Translations under genes and position numbers: made by a program
Notes under the pieces: model-generated
What the model saw: only the letters and a program-made list of their open reading frames with translations
Databases searched by the model: none
What the model was told of the DNA's origin: nothing
Part shown: positions 38,340-49,310 of the stretch, in pieces
How positions within the stretch are numbered: position 1 is the stretch's first letter
Layout: each line of letters begins with the position of its first letter
Source: Podarcis pityusensis
Lineage: Eukaryota
Assembly: GCA_964106645.2 (NCBI GenBank)
Contig: OZ067043.1
Direction: 5' to 3' (one strand)
DNA length: 64,000 nucleotides

Positions 38340-38810
38340 TTTGTTTATTACTGAATTTATATCCCACCTTTTCTTCTGAAGGAGCCTAGGGCAGCAAACA
38401 GAAAATCTGCAATTTGACAATAAAAAAACCAAAGCAAAAACTTTCTAAAATAGTTACAACGTTCAATAAACAATTACAATTGAAACCATCTGAAAGCAGC
38501 TACAGTTAAAAATGTTCTAGAAGCAGTTCAAAACATTATTCCATCCAATGATCTGAGGGTTGCCAGGATCCGTATGCTTCAGCCACCAAATGCCTGGGTA
38601 AACAAGAATGTTTGCAAATCCTCCTGAAAGTTAATAATTATGGAGACAGGTGTATCTCCCTAGGGAAGGCATTCCACAACTGGGGAACCACCACTGAAAA
38701 GGCCCTGCAATGGGTCAGCGCCACTGGGCAGCCCCAGTAGCAGCACTGCCAGCAAGACCACACCTGCCAGTCATAGGGACTGAGACAGCTGGTACTGGGA
38801 ATTGCACTCT
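38340..38810 (-). mobile_element. Old L2-like LINE fragment (related fragments at about 58150-58560 and 45850-46110)
   Basis: tttatatcccaccttttc...gggcagc 3' end and ggcattccacaactggggaaccaccactgaaaaggccctg motif typical of L2 3' regions. Recognised by eye only. Confidence 0.55.
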
Positions 38811-38945
38811 TTCAGGTAATTGGGTCCCAAGCCAACCAGAGCTTTCTATAGAATCACAGAATCATACAATTGTAGAGTTGGAAGGGACCTTGAAGCGAAT
38901 ACTAACACCATAAATTGGGACCTTTCCTGCCGAATTCAATCCTTT

Positions 38946-39085
38946 GCACAATAACTCAGCTGGTAGAGCCTGAGACTCTTAATCTCAGGGTTGTGGGTTC
39001 GAGCCCCACATCGGGCAAAAGATTCTTGCATTGCAGGGGGTTGATCCTAGTGGTCCCTTCTAACTCTGCAATTCTACAATTCTAT
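38946..39085 (+). mobile_element. tRNA-Lys(CTT)-derived SINE with CR1-type tail (not a functional tRNA gene)
   Basis: TAACTCAGCTGGTAGAGCCTGAGACTCTTAATCTCAGGGTTGTGGGTTCGAGCCCCACATCGGGCA resembles tRNA-Lys-CTT with a broken acceptor stem, and runs straight into the CR1 tail. Confidence 0.88.
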
Positions 39086-42000
39086 AAAATCAAACGGCCA
39101 TACTTCTGAACAAACTTCTGTAGGGTTGCAAAGCACGGACCTGGAAAGTGCGGTGCCAAAGGAAGTCTGGATGAGCCTAGAGTTACCTGCTACCCCTGCC
39201 CTTTAATGAAAAGCCGTGTTGGAAAGATGCTACTGGGAGTAGAAGTGTCATGGAGGAGGGCCTGCTAACCCCTTTTTCTTCCTGTCAATTGTTGCTCAGT
39301 ATTGCCTCACTCCAGCTGCTTCTTCATCAATGGGGGAAAAGATCCTCACAGGGAGAAAAATGAGTTGGGGGTTCATTTTTAGCAGATGAATAGCAGTAGA
39401 AGAAAGGATTAAGAAACAACTCCTTGCCACTTTTTCGTTTCTATATGCAGTCTCCCAAGGCTGTTTTTCTTTTACAGGAAAAGGGGAAAAGGGACACGGA
39501 CCATTGTGTCACACAGCTCTTTTGGTCCTAAAGCCTAGCTGTCTTATTTTTCCCAGTACACGGGGTTCTAAATAAAGAGGTATTGGTAGCAGTAGAAGTT
39601 TCTGATCACAGTGATGTATCTATCCTTTTCGGGAAGTGAGAGGGATGGAAAAGCCAAAGGGATCCAGTTGCACTGCCACAGAAGTAAACACTTGTCAAGC
39701 CTAGAAACACAGTCAATTATTGATCTTGGCTTCTGCCAAATGGAAAAATGCAAAATCAGTAGGAAACTAAGATCCCATTTTGCAAGATGAATCTTTTAAT
39801 TGATCCAAATACATCAGTGTCAGAGCACCAAAAGAAAAGTTAATGAGGGTGAATCATCCACTAGCTTGCTCACTGAATCTCTGTGCATGATGGTGTCCAT
39901 AGAAAGGTAATGTAACATAAAGCCAGGAGCCAAAACTCCTTTTGCTTTTACCCGATAACAGGGACTGCAGATGATGATTTCTGTATTAAGGCTCAGTCCA
40001 GAGTTTCCAGTAACTCTGGACACCTGTCCAGGCATTCAACTAATGTATCAAGCCATGAAGTGCATAGAGAACATGCGCTGCCCTGCCCACAGCACCCTCA
40101 CTTGATCCACCCCCAACAGTCCACAGTAGGAAGATTTAGAGGGGGCTTTCAAGCATGTTTGGCTGAATGTATTTAGAAGTCTACCCATAATCTGGAACCC
40201 TTATAATGTGATGTTGCCAGTCACAGGAAACCTTCTGAGCACATTCAGCTGAACATGCTTAGAAATCCCCTTCACGTAGTGGAGCAGGCACAGACAAGGA
40301 TACTGGCAGTGCAGGGGTGATGTATGTTCCCCAGCTTCCCTACATATGTTGAATGCCCATTTTGTCCCTTGCAAAAGACTTCCATAACACTCCACAAAAT
40401 GGGCACCCTGCATTCCAAAATTAGTTTTGAAATTGTGATACATCAGTCCAGGATCACATCTAAGAATGTGATGTACTTATGTTAGCCTGTTAGAAACAGA
40501 GGAAGGAGAAATTAATTTAACAAAAAATAGGACAATCCAGAGCTTTGTGTCCCAGGATATGGATTCAGATCTTACTACATAGAACATAGCATGGCAAACA
40601 CACAAACTGATAGCTTAGCAAATATTTATTCCCCTTGATTAACCAGAAATATTAATAATATCCAGGTCCTAAAATATAGATCCCGGTGGTGCATGATTCA
40701 ATTGAAGTTAAATATTTTGGGGTTCCATTGATTTCAGTAGGAAAGCACCCATGGTTTTATCAAGTTGGGAAAATTGAGCAGTAATTGCAGTTGTTTATTT
40801 ACAAGGATGAGTTGCTCTTAAGGCATCCATTTTGTACACACAGAGAACTTCGCTGCCAAAAGTGACTCATTCTCTGGACTCAAAAACATAGAAGGAACAG
40901 TTGTTGAGACACCCTGAACTCAGATGGAATAACGTACTGGCCCCTTTTGCCATTTTCGCACAATTCAGCATTTCTCTGGGGATTTCAATGGGTCTCATAA
41001 ATATGAAGGGAAGAAGACAAGACTGAGAACAGGGAATGCTAGCTGGAGAGCCGGTATCAATATTTCTCCTCTTCTCTCACACTGTGATTCTTCTCTTTAG
41101 CAATCCCATAGCAAATATTCCTTTGTAGTGCAAATAGCCTTAAATAATTGGAATGGGAGAACATGGACTGGCTGGTAGTGAAAAGCAGCTGGCTCCCTAA
41201 GAAAAGTGATTGCTTTGTCAATGGGCTTTTTCTCCCTTTCTTTTACGCATCATGCTCAAATCTAGTTCTCTGCCCCTAATGAGTTCTTTGGCACCTTGTC
41301 CTCCAGGAAACTGAAATACATTCCTGTGGGATTGTCCCTGCAGCTTTATATAACTTGCATCCCATTGGCTTTGATCATTTCCCCAAAGAACTGGCAAGAT
41401 CTCCTTCTGTCGGCAACTTTCCCTTCCTCTCTTTTGGAACTAAGGCTGTCATCTAAGTCCCACATATGTGGGAGTAAGCCCCATTGAATTCAACAGGACT
41501 TACTTCTGAGTAGACATGCTTAGGATTGTGCTGTAAGCATGTTGCTGTAGGAGACAGTTCATACCAACCATTGGATCAAATTCTCCCTCTGAGCTTCTGC
41601 TAGCTAATGAAGTCTTTTGTCCAGAGTTGGGCAGACAACAGGCTTGTTGGTTCTACTACTTTGTTTTATATTTGAACCCTAATATCTCCCAACCAACCTG
41701 GGGCAAAAGACAGACAGTAGAACAGCATGCATGCATACATAATTTCATTTGTATGCCACCTTTCCACAGTTCAAACCATGCTCAAGGAAGCTTACAAAAT
41801 GAAAAAATACAAAACTGCAACATAACAAAAGCAGTCGTAGACAACAAATAAAACATTTAAAGAATACACAGCCAAACTGAACCATTTCCATACAAGTTAC
41901 AACAAGATCTAAAACCAAAATATAAAATACTAACAGCAGCAACAACACCAATCTCCTCAACCAAACAAAAAAACGCCAGCCCATCCAGCAGCCTTAGCTT

Positions 42001-44902
42001 TTGTAGCTAGATTCAGTCAGGGCTTTGCGCTCCCAGGCCAGGGGGAGAAAGGCCTGTAAGGCAGGGAGCAGGTCTTCCAGGACTCACAGTCAAAATGGAA
42101 TTAAAGAACAGCGTGCCTTTAAGCACCTTCTGACTGACTGACTGACTGAGCTAAGGAATTTGTTTTTAGTACCAGAACTGAAGTGAACTTGCAGAAAAAT
42201 TCCTCTCCTGGTTAGCATTCCTTAGATCAGCAGCCACGCTGAGGTGGGAAAAGTCATTTTTGTTGGGAGCCAGAAACCCTGCAAATTATCAAGAGATCTA
42301 CTAGTAGATCCTAATCCACCTTCTGCCTACCAGTGATCTAGCCCAACTCATATAAATCCTTCTGATTACTGTCATTAGTACACGTGCATTGTTTCGTACA
42401 TCTATTTCAAGTGTCTGCTTCTCACACGCTGAGTGTCAGTAAACTGAAAATGCCTTACACACAATGGAGAAATGGAGCTGTACAGCTATAATGTATATCA
42501 TATAATATATGAAAAGGGGGCTTGTACATTGATCTGATCTGAAGTGGAAGGTCTTCTGGCATCCCCATCATGTACATGGCATTTCCATTTCTTGATTCTG
42601 TGATCTGTGAACCTTGAGCTAGAATGGACATTTTGTTCACCCTCAGAATATTGGCTGAATATCTGGCCCATACCTAGATCTCATTTCTCTCCCAATAAGC
42701 TGCTGGAGGAAACATGAAGTACAAAAAGCCACAAAGAAAACTCTGAAGTTTTTTTGTGTTTGTATAAATGACTTTCTGATTGCTTAGTCTACTGATAAAT
42801 GTTAGGTGCTGGTGCCCCAAAATCTGGGTCAAATACAAGTTCCTCCATTAGCTTCACCTACAAACTTCTCAGGAAAGAACATTTTGTTTGCCAAATGTCT
42901 TCGCCTTTTCAAAAAGCAATGCTTTCTCCAAAAGCTTTGGGACTGTAGTGAACAACTGCTATTCAGAAGAAATTAATTCCAAGTGAAAAGATCAAATGTA
43001 TAACTACCAAATTATTTATTTATAGTCTGTAACTGCTACTGCTACAACTTCTACAGCTGCTACTACTACTACTACTGCTATCAACTAGGATCCCAAATAA
43101 CACCAATCACTGTATATATAACAGGTTACAACCTCGCTGTTGCTTGCCTGTTAACTATCTGTCTTTGAACTTCCAGCTTCTTTCACCCAAAGAATCACAT
43201 AAATGGCTATTTGTATTTAGAAAATAAACAATTTGAAAGCAGAATAATGCAACACAGAGTTTAAAATAAATTTGTTATGTGCGGACAGGATTGGTTGAGC
43301 TGCCAAGTGGGAAAACAATAAACCTCCTACTGTTTGTATTATTCTTTTTTGGAGAGGGAAATATGGAGAGTAGCTGAGAGAATGAAGTGACCTAATTATA
43401 TCAGAATTAGAGAAGGTTAACAACAAACAGATTTGTAGGGAAATGAGTGTTAGTTAGTTATTCAATATTGGAGTGAGAAGCATAATGATAATATCCTTTC
43501 CCTATGTGATTCTGACTTGTATCTAAATAATAGTCACAGATATGCATCACTACATAAATTATATTCTGCCAGCATTTCCTGATGAATAAAGCAAATCACC
43601 TACCTTCCCTTGAGACATCTAAAAATAAAGCATTGCATCTCAAGGCTCCACTAATTTACCATGGATTTCAAGAGAGTTCGGGTGTCACATACTGTAGGGG
43701 CCAATCTCTCACCAGGGCCAAGTCTCCTTAGGGAGAGAGTGATAGACCTAGAGCAGCCTTTGTCAACCTGGTGCCTTGTAGATGTTTTAGACCACAAGTC
43801 CCACCTGGTGAACTGAACTGGGGCTGATGGGAGTTGTAGTCCTGAACATCTGGAGGGCAAGGCTGATCTGGACCTTTTCAAGGACGGGCCTTCCCCAAGA
43901 AAATCATGTGTTCAAATTGTCTGATGGAAAAGATGAAAATATAGGTTGGAGGGGTATGCTGAGGTCACTTCCTGAAAGGCAGTTCAGGCCGAGCAATTGG
44001 GTGCAGGAAGAGGAGCCAATATTCAGCCTGACTGATGGGAACAAAAAATCAGGGTGAGGCTTGTAGGGCCAGAGAGCAACGAAGGAATATGCAAGGGCAA
44101 AACAAGAAGTGGAGCCTGTGATCAAGAGCTTTGCTGTAAAGAATAAGGTCTGCTAAAAATGAAGGGGAAGTAAGTTTATACAGTGACAGGGAAGGGCAGT
44201 GATCAGTTATAGTGGGGAGTAGTGGAGAAAAGCAGAGGCTAACTAAGTTACTTGGACCCCAGGTGATCTATGGTTTTCTGCAGCAGCTCAGGGAGTAGAT
44301 CTCCAGCTTAGCTCAAAAAAAGAACTTTGGGACTACAAGGGGCTGGTGACCCTGCTAGAGGATCCCCATCTCAGTACACAACACTGTGACCTTTGACCGA
44401 TCTCTTCCTAGAAGGACAGCCATCTGACTTGGTTGAAACACTTATAACTATAGAGCATGTGCAGTGCAGGAGTAATCCACTATCAGATGGATCATCGTGA
44501 AGCAGGAAAGAGCTCATGAGCTGCTCAGAGGGGATATTAAATAGCTTGTGGAAACATGCATTCACTGTTCTGTACAACCACCACTGCTAGAATATACAAC
44601 AGGCACAGCCAGCTGAAATAAACATGGCAGAGTCATGCGGCAAGGTATGCCTCCCAGTGTGAACTACCCACTTCCCATATGTTCATACCTCCCCTTCTCA
44701 TTCTTTCTCATCACAACCACAGTTGTGACATGTGAATTCTGTAGCAATTCAGAAAGAACCCCAAAGCATCGCCAGTTTTTCCACTAGGCTCCCTAGAAGC
44801 TGCCCCATGGAGGCAGGCATCAAATTAATGCTCAATCTAGGGAAGGAAGCTGGCCCAGGAAGACACCCACTGTGCCCACTCATGGCAACTGTGAATGCAT
44901 TA

Positions 44903-45128
44903 CAGTGGTACCTCGGGTTAAGAACTTAATTCGTTCTGGAGGTTCGTTCTTAACCTGAAACTGCTCTTAACCTGAGGTACCACTTTAGCTAATAGGGCCT
45001 CCCGCTGCCACCGCGCTGCCGGAGCACGATTTCTGTTCTCATCCTGAAGCAAAGTTCTTAATCCGAGGTGCTATTTCTGGGTTAGCGGAGTCTGTAACCT
45101 GAAGTGTCTGTAACCCGAGGTACCACTG
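44903..45128. mobile_element. Young Tc1/mariner (Tigger-like) MITE
   Basis: Perfect 18-bp TIRs CAGTGGTACCTCGGGTTA / TAACCCGAGGTACCACTG, TA TSD on both sides, CpGs retained. Confidence 0.92.
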
Positions 45129-48100
45129 TACATGCAAAGTATCACGTCCCTTCATATTTAAAACTGATTTATCTGAAATTTGGGCACCCTGTATGCCTCA
45201 CCCAAGAGGTCTTCCCTGCCCTGTATCAATAGGACAAAGCACCTTGATTTACATAAGAACTGCCATGGTTTCAGCAGAGACTGTGGCATGCATAACTGCC
45301 AAGCGACTTCCAACCACACACTTGTTCATGCACTCACATTGGTCCAGTTGGGAGTATATCTGTTTCATAAAGTAGGAACACATCTTGTAAGCAGAGCCAT
45401 CACAGATCGTTTAATGAAGTGAAGGAGACAAAATCCATTCATTTGGTGACAGTGATTCCCCAGATGAAAATATGCTCATACACACCCAACCTTTGTAGAC
45501 TATTGCTCACTCTGTGTGACACCACATGTGATGTAATTATTACCGCACATACACAATCTTTGTTTAATCCAGGCATCCAAAGTCAAATCTGTCAATGAAT
45601 TCCTCATGTTCTACCCACCCATAAAATATCTGTTTCTAAGATATAAGGATTTGCAGGCTGGAAACAGACTGTCCCTAAAGGATGACTATTCACCTACTGA
45701 CTTCTCTGTATTGCTATAACCAGTTTATGTTCAGTTTGTCCTATGAAAACCATGACAGAAGAAGATTGTTGGTGAGTGACCTTAGACTGAGTGAGGAGAT
45801 CAATCAGCTTCCCTGGGCCCTGAGATCTTCAGATTAGCCCTTTATTGTTGCCCTACCAATGAACCTAGTCCTTTTGTGATGACACAAGAAAGGGCCTTTT
45901 CTGTGGTGGCACACCATTAATGGAACTCCCTCCTCTTAGAAATGAAGACAATGCCCTCATAATTTGAGGTTTTGAAGAGCCACATTTTCATCCAGGCCCT
46001 TGGGAAAAACTGGACATGTTTAGGCAACCCAAGAGTAAAGCTATCAATCAGCTGCAGTAATATGGTTTGTTTTAATAGTTGTATTAATTGTTTGAAGCAT
46101 TGTTTAATTACTGGTTTTACTGTTGTTTAAATTTAACAAAAAACCCTGGAAACTTTAGTTCATTAAAGATGCTGGAAACTGTAGGTATGTGAGGTCTAAA
46201 CTACACTTCCCATTATTTTTTGAGGTAAGATATGTACTTTAAATGTGCTGCACTGAATGTGCTTTAAATGTATAGTCCAGATGTGACCTGGGTCTATTTG
46301 AGAAAGAGGAGCACCTGGAAGAGCTGGCAGGACAGTTCCTTCAGGTGTATGGATCTTCCAAGCTTTCTTTGAGGGCTCAGTAAAAATAAAAACCAGCTCT
46401 TTCCCAATAATTCTCTGAGGAAGCTTGTAAGGCTAATTACAACCTTCACCAGTGAAACCTCGGCCATCCCTAAGTGCCTCATATCCACAGAAACGTGATT
46501 TCTTTCACCTGCCTGCCTGATTGCCTTAAGTGATGTCCCATGGAAACAGCTTTTGGTGGCTTCCACACATGGACTTCCATGTAAGAAAATATTATTATGG
46601 GACCCTCCTGCTGTTGGGAGCCTTCAAAAGAACTTTCCATCAGCACAGAAGTTTGAATCACAAAATTAAGTGGCTGTGACCAAGGGATGCTTCTGTGTTG
46701 CTTTTAATTTATTTCCATTGGCAACAGATTCTGTCATCTGAAAAATCAGAGCCAAGGCAAGGGAACGGCGGAGCAGAGGGAATGGGCCAATTGCCTTAAG
46801 TCTTCCTGCCCACTACAGAAGTCAGGCTCCTCTTGTTCCCCCATAATTGGCCCTGGATAACCTGCTCATCACAAAGCACCTTGGTCAGGGTTATAAAAGT
46901 CCTTATTTCCCCTCCCCACCTCATCATGTGGCCTGGGATGTTCTGTTTTCCCTGTTCTTTACAGGACGGGGTGGGGAGTGGTGCTGCTTGAGGAGCTGGA
47001 AAGAGTGAGGTCACACTGAGAGAATGCGACTTCTGCTTCTTGCTGGATCCAGCCAGGTGCTGAAAGCAACAAAGGGGAACACATGTTTTGAACGTTCCTT
47101 GGATACTTTGGTCATTAAATCCACGGACAAACTTCCCCCAGGAGAAATCAGAAAAATAGATGAGCCCTGTCCAGCGCTGGGGCAAATGAAGCAATGGAAA
47201 GAACTGGGCAAGCCCATCAAGGCTTATAAAGCTTGCACTCAATATACAGCTCATTCTCCTCTGCTTGGGTTATTACCTCCTTCTGGCACCTGCTGAAAGC
47301 CTTTTGGATCTGGCAACCCTAAAATAGAAGAGGAAAAACAAGGCAGGGCAAAGTAATTTCATACCAAAGTGGTGCTGCTCCCTTTCTTATAGTATTATTT
47401 TTGTTGTTGTTGTTTTTATTTGGGTAAAAAAAACCCATAGTTAACCATCAGCTCAGATCCCAGCAAAGATGGAAAGCAAATCCGTCTGTCTCAGATCCTT
47501 GAACTTGTGTTGATGAGAACTAGATTATGTGCTGCTTTTCCTATGTTCACATCGCACCACACAGTTAAAGCACATAGTTTCCTCAAAAGAATCCTAGGAA
47601 GCGTAGTTTGTTAAGAGCGTTGGGAACTGTAGCTCTGTGAGGGGTAAACTAAAGTTCCCAGGATCCTCTGGGAAAAGGTGTGCACTTTAAATGTGCTTTA
47701 TATTATTAGCCGAGCCCATGCACCCTGGGTTCTGTCACTTCATTGCATCCGTGTCCAAGGTTTTTCAGAGTATGGCCCCAAGGAAATCTACTTAGAAAAA
47801 CTGCTACTGACTGGACTGAATTGTATTGGCAAGTCACCATTAAGGAAAACACACAGTAAAATTCCTTTGATAGGGATTTTAATGGGCTTTCTCTCCATTG
47901 CTGATACTCCACCCTGCTCCCGCAATTCCTCTCACACACTGATTGACTCTGCACTGGCATGGGAGCCAGAGTCTTTGTTAGACTCTCTCTTTCTCTCTGT
48001 GTGCCTTTGTGGTGTTGCAGAGACTGCTTGGGAGGTCTGGACTACAAGGGGATAATCTCATTTGCTATGGAGGCTGGAACACTCTGCTCCACCCACACAT

Positions 48101-48424
48101 CCACGGCTGCTTTTGTGGCGCTTTTAAGTACAGAGAGAAAAGAAGTATTTTGCTCGGTTTCACATTTCTCCAGTATGAAATTATCCAAATAGTCATCTGA
48201 AGTTAAAACCTTTATAAAACCAAATTTCACCATCAGTTGTTGTAGTAGGATTGGTGTTCCACACCCACATATTAGCTCTCGGCCTGCCATACTAAGCCCC
48301 TTTCAGACCTTCCACCTTTGGTGAATGAATGCACACACAGGGGGAACAGGATTTATTCACCCCTCTGCACATCCATATGCAGGTCAGAACACAGCCCTGT
48401 GCACATATGTGTGTAAGTTCTGTT

Positions 48425-48563
48425 TCAGGGGTAGCCAACATGGTGCCATCCAGATGATGTAGGAAGCCAACTCCCATCATCTCTGACCATTGGCCATGCT
48501 GGCTGAGTCTGATGAGAGTTGGAGTCCAGCAACATCTGGAGAGCATCCTGTTGGCTAGCCCTG
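48425..48563. mobile_element. Abundant short MITE family (copies also near 7090, 21752/22880, 26445, 34320, 43760, 58790, 59770, 61828, 62450)
   Basis: Recurrent ccagatg(a/t)tg...aactcccatca...tggcca...tgatg(g/a)gagtt...aacatctgga internally palindromic unit with cagggg...ccctg ends. Confidence 0.78.
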
Positions 48564-48832
48564 CTCTGTTCTGACCTTTAAATGCATTCAAATGGTTCAG
48601 TAGTGAGGTCTCCCATTGAGATCCTGTTTACCCATCACCATATGTGTCTATTTGCCATACATTGTTAGTCTGAAAAGTGTGCTTTCCACTCAAAGCCAAG
48701 GTCTCTGTTGGATACACCTCTTCTGGGTTATGATCAAATCCAGTGAGCTATACCACAATGCCAACTCAAAACAAGGGCTAACAAGGCCATTTAAGGAAGC
48801 ATGTATAAGTGATTGTATGTGCTCTAATACCA

Positions 48833-49310
48833 GAAGCAGAGACATCACCTTGCCAACAAAGGCCCGTATAGTTAAAGCTATGGTTTTCCTAGTAGTGATG
48901 TATGGAGGTGAGAGCTGGACCATAAAGAAGGCTGATCGCTGAAGAATGGATGCTTTTGAATTATGGTGTTGGAGGAGATTCTTGAGACTGCAAACCTATC
49001 CATTCTTAAGGAAATCAGCCCTGAGTGTTCACTGGAAGGACAGATCCTGAAGCTGAGGCTCCAATACTTTGGACACCTCATGAGAAGAGAAGACTTCCTG
49101 GAAAAGACCCTGATACTGGGAAAGATTGAGGACACAAGGAGAAGAGGACAACAGAGTACGAGATGGTTGGACAGTGTTCTTGAAGCTACCAACATGAGTT
49201 TGACCAAACTGCGGGAGGCAGCGGAAGACTGGAGTGCCTGGTGTGCTCTGGTCCATGGGGTCACGAAGAGTCGGACACGACTAAATGACTAAACAAACAA
49301 ACAAACAAGC
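48833..49310 (+). mobile_element. 5'-truncated BovB (RTE-clade) LINE
   Basis: Peptides SRDITLPTKARIVKAMVF..VMYGGESWTIKKADR and ILKEISPECSLEGQILKLRLQYFGHLMRR...RWLDSV...VHGVTKSRTRL. (AAAC)n tail; 16-bp TSD ATGTGCTCTAATACCA at 48817-48832 and 49311-49326. Confidence 0.95.

Noticed and set aside
38946-39018. Functional tRNA-Lys gene
   Set aside because: The acceptor stem is disrupted, there is no oligo-T terminator, and it is fused to a CR1 tail, so it is a SINE head.
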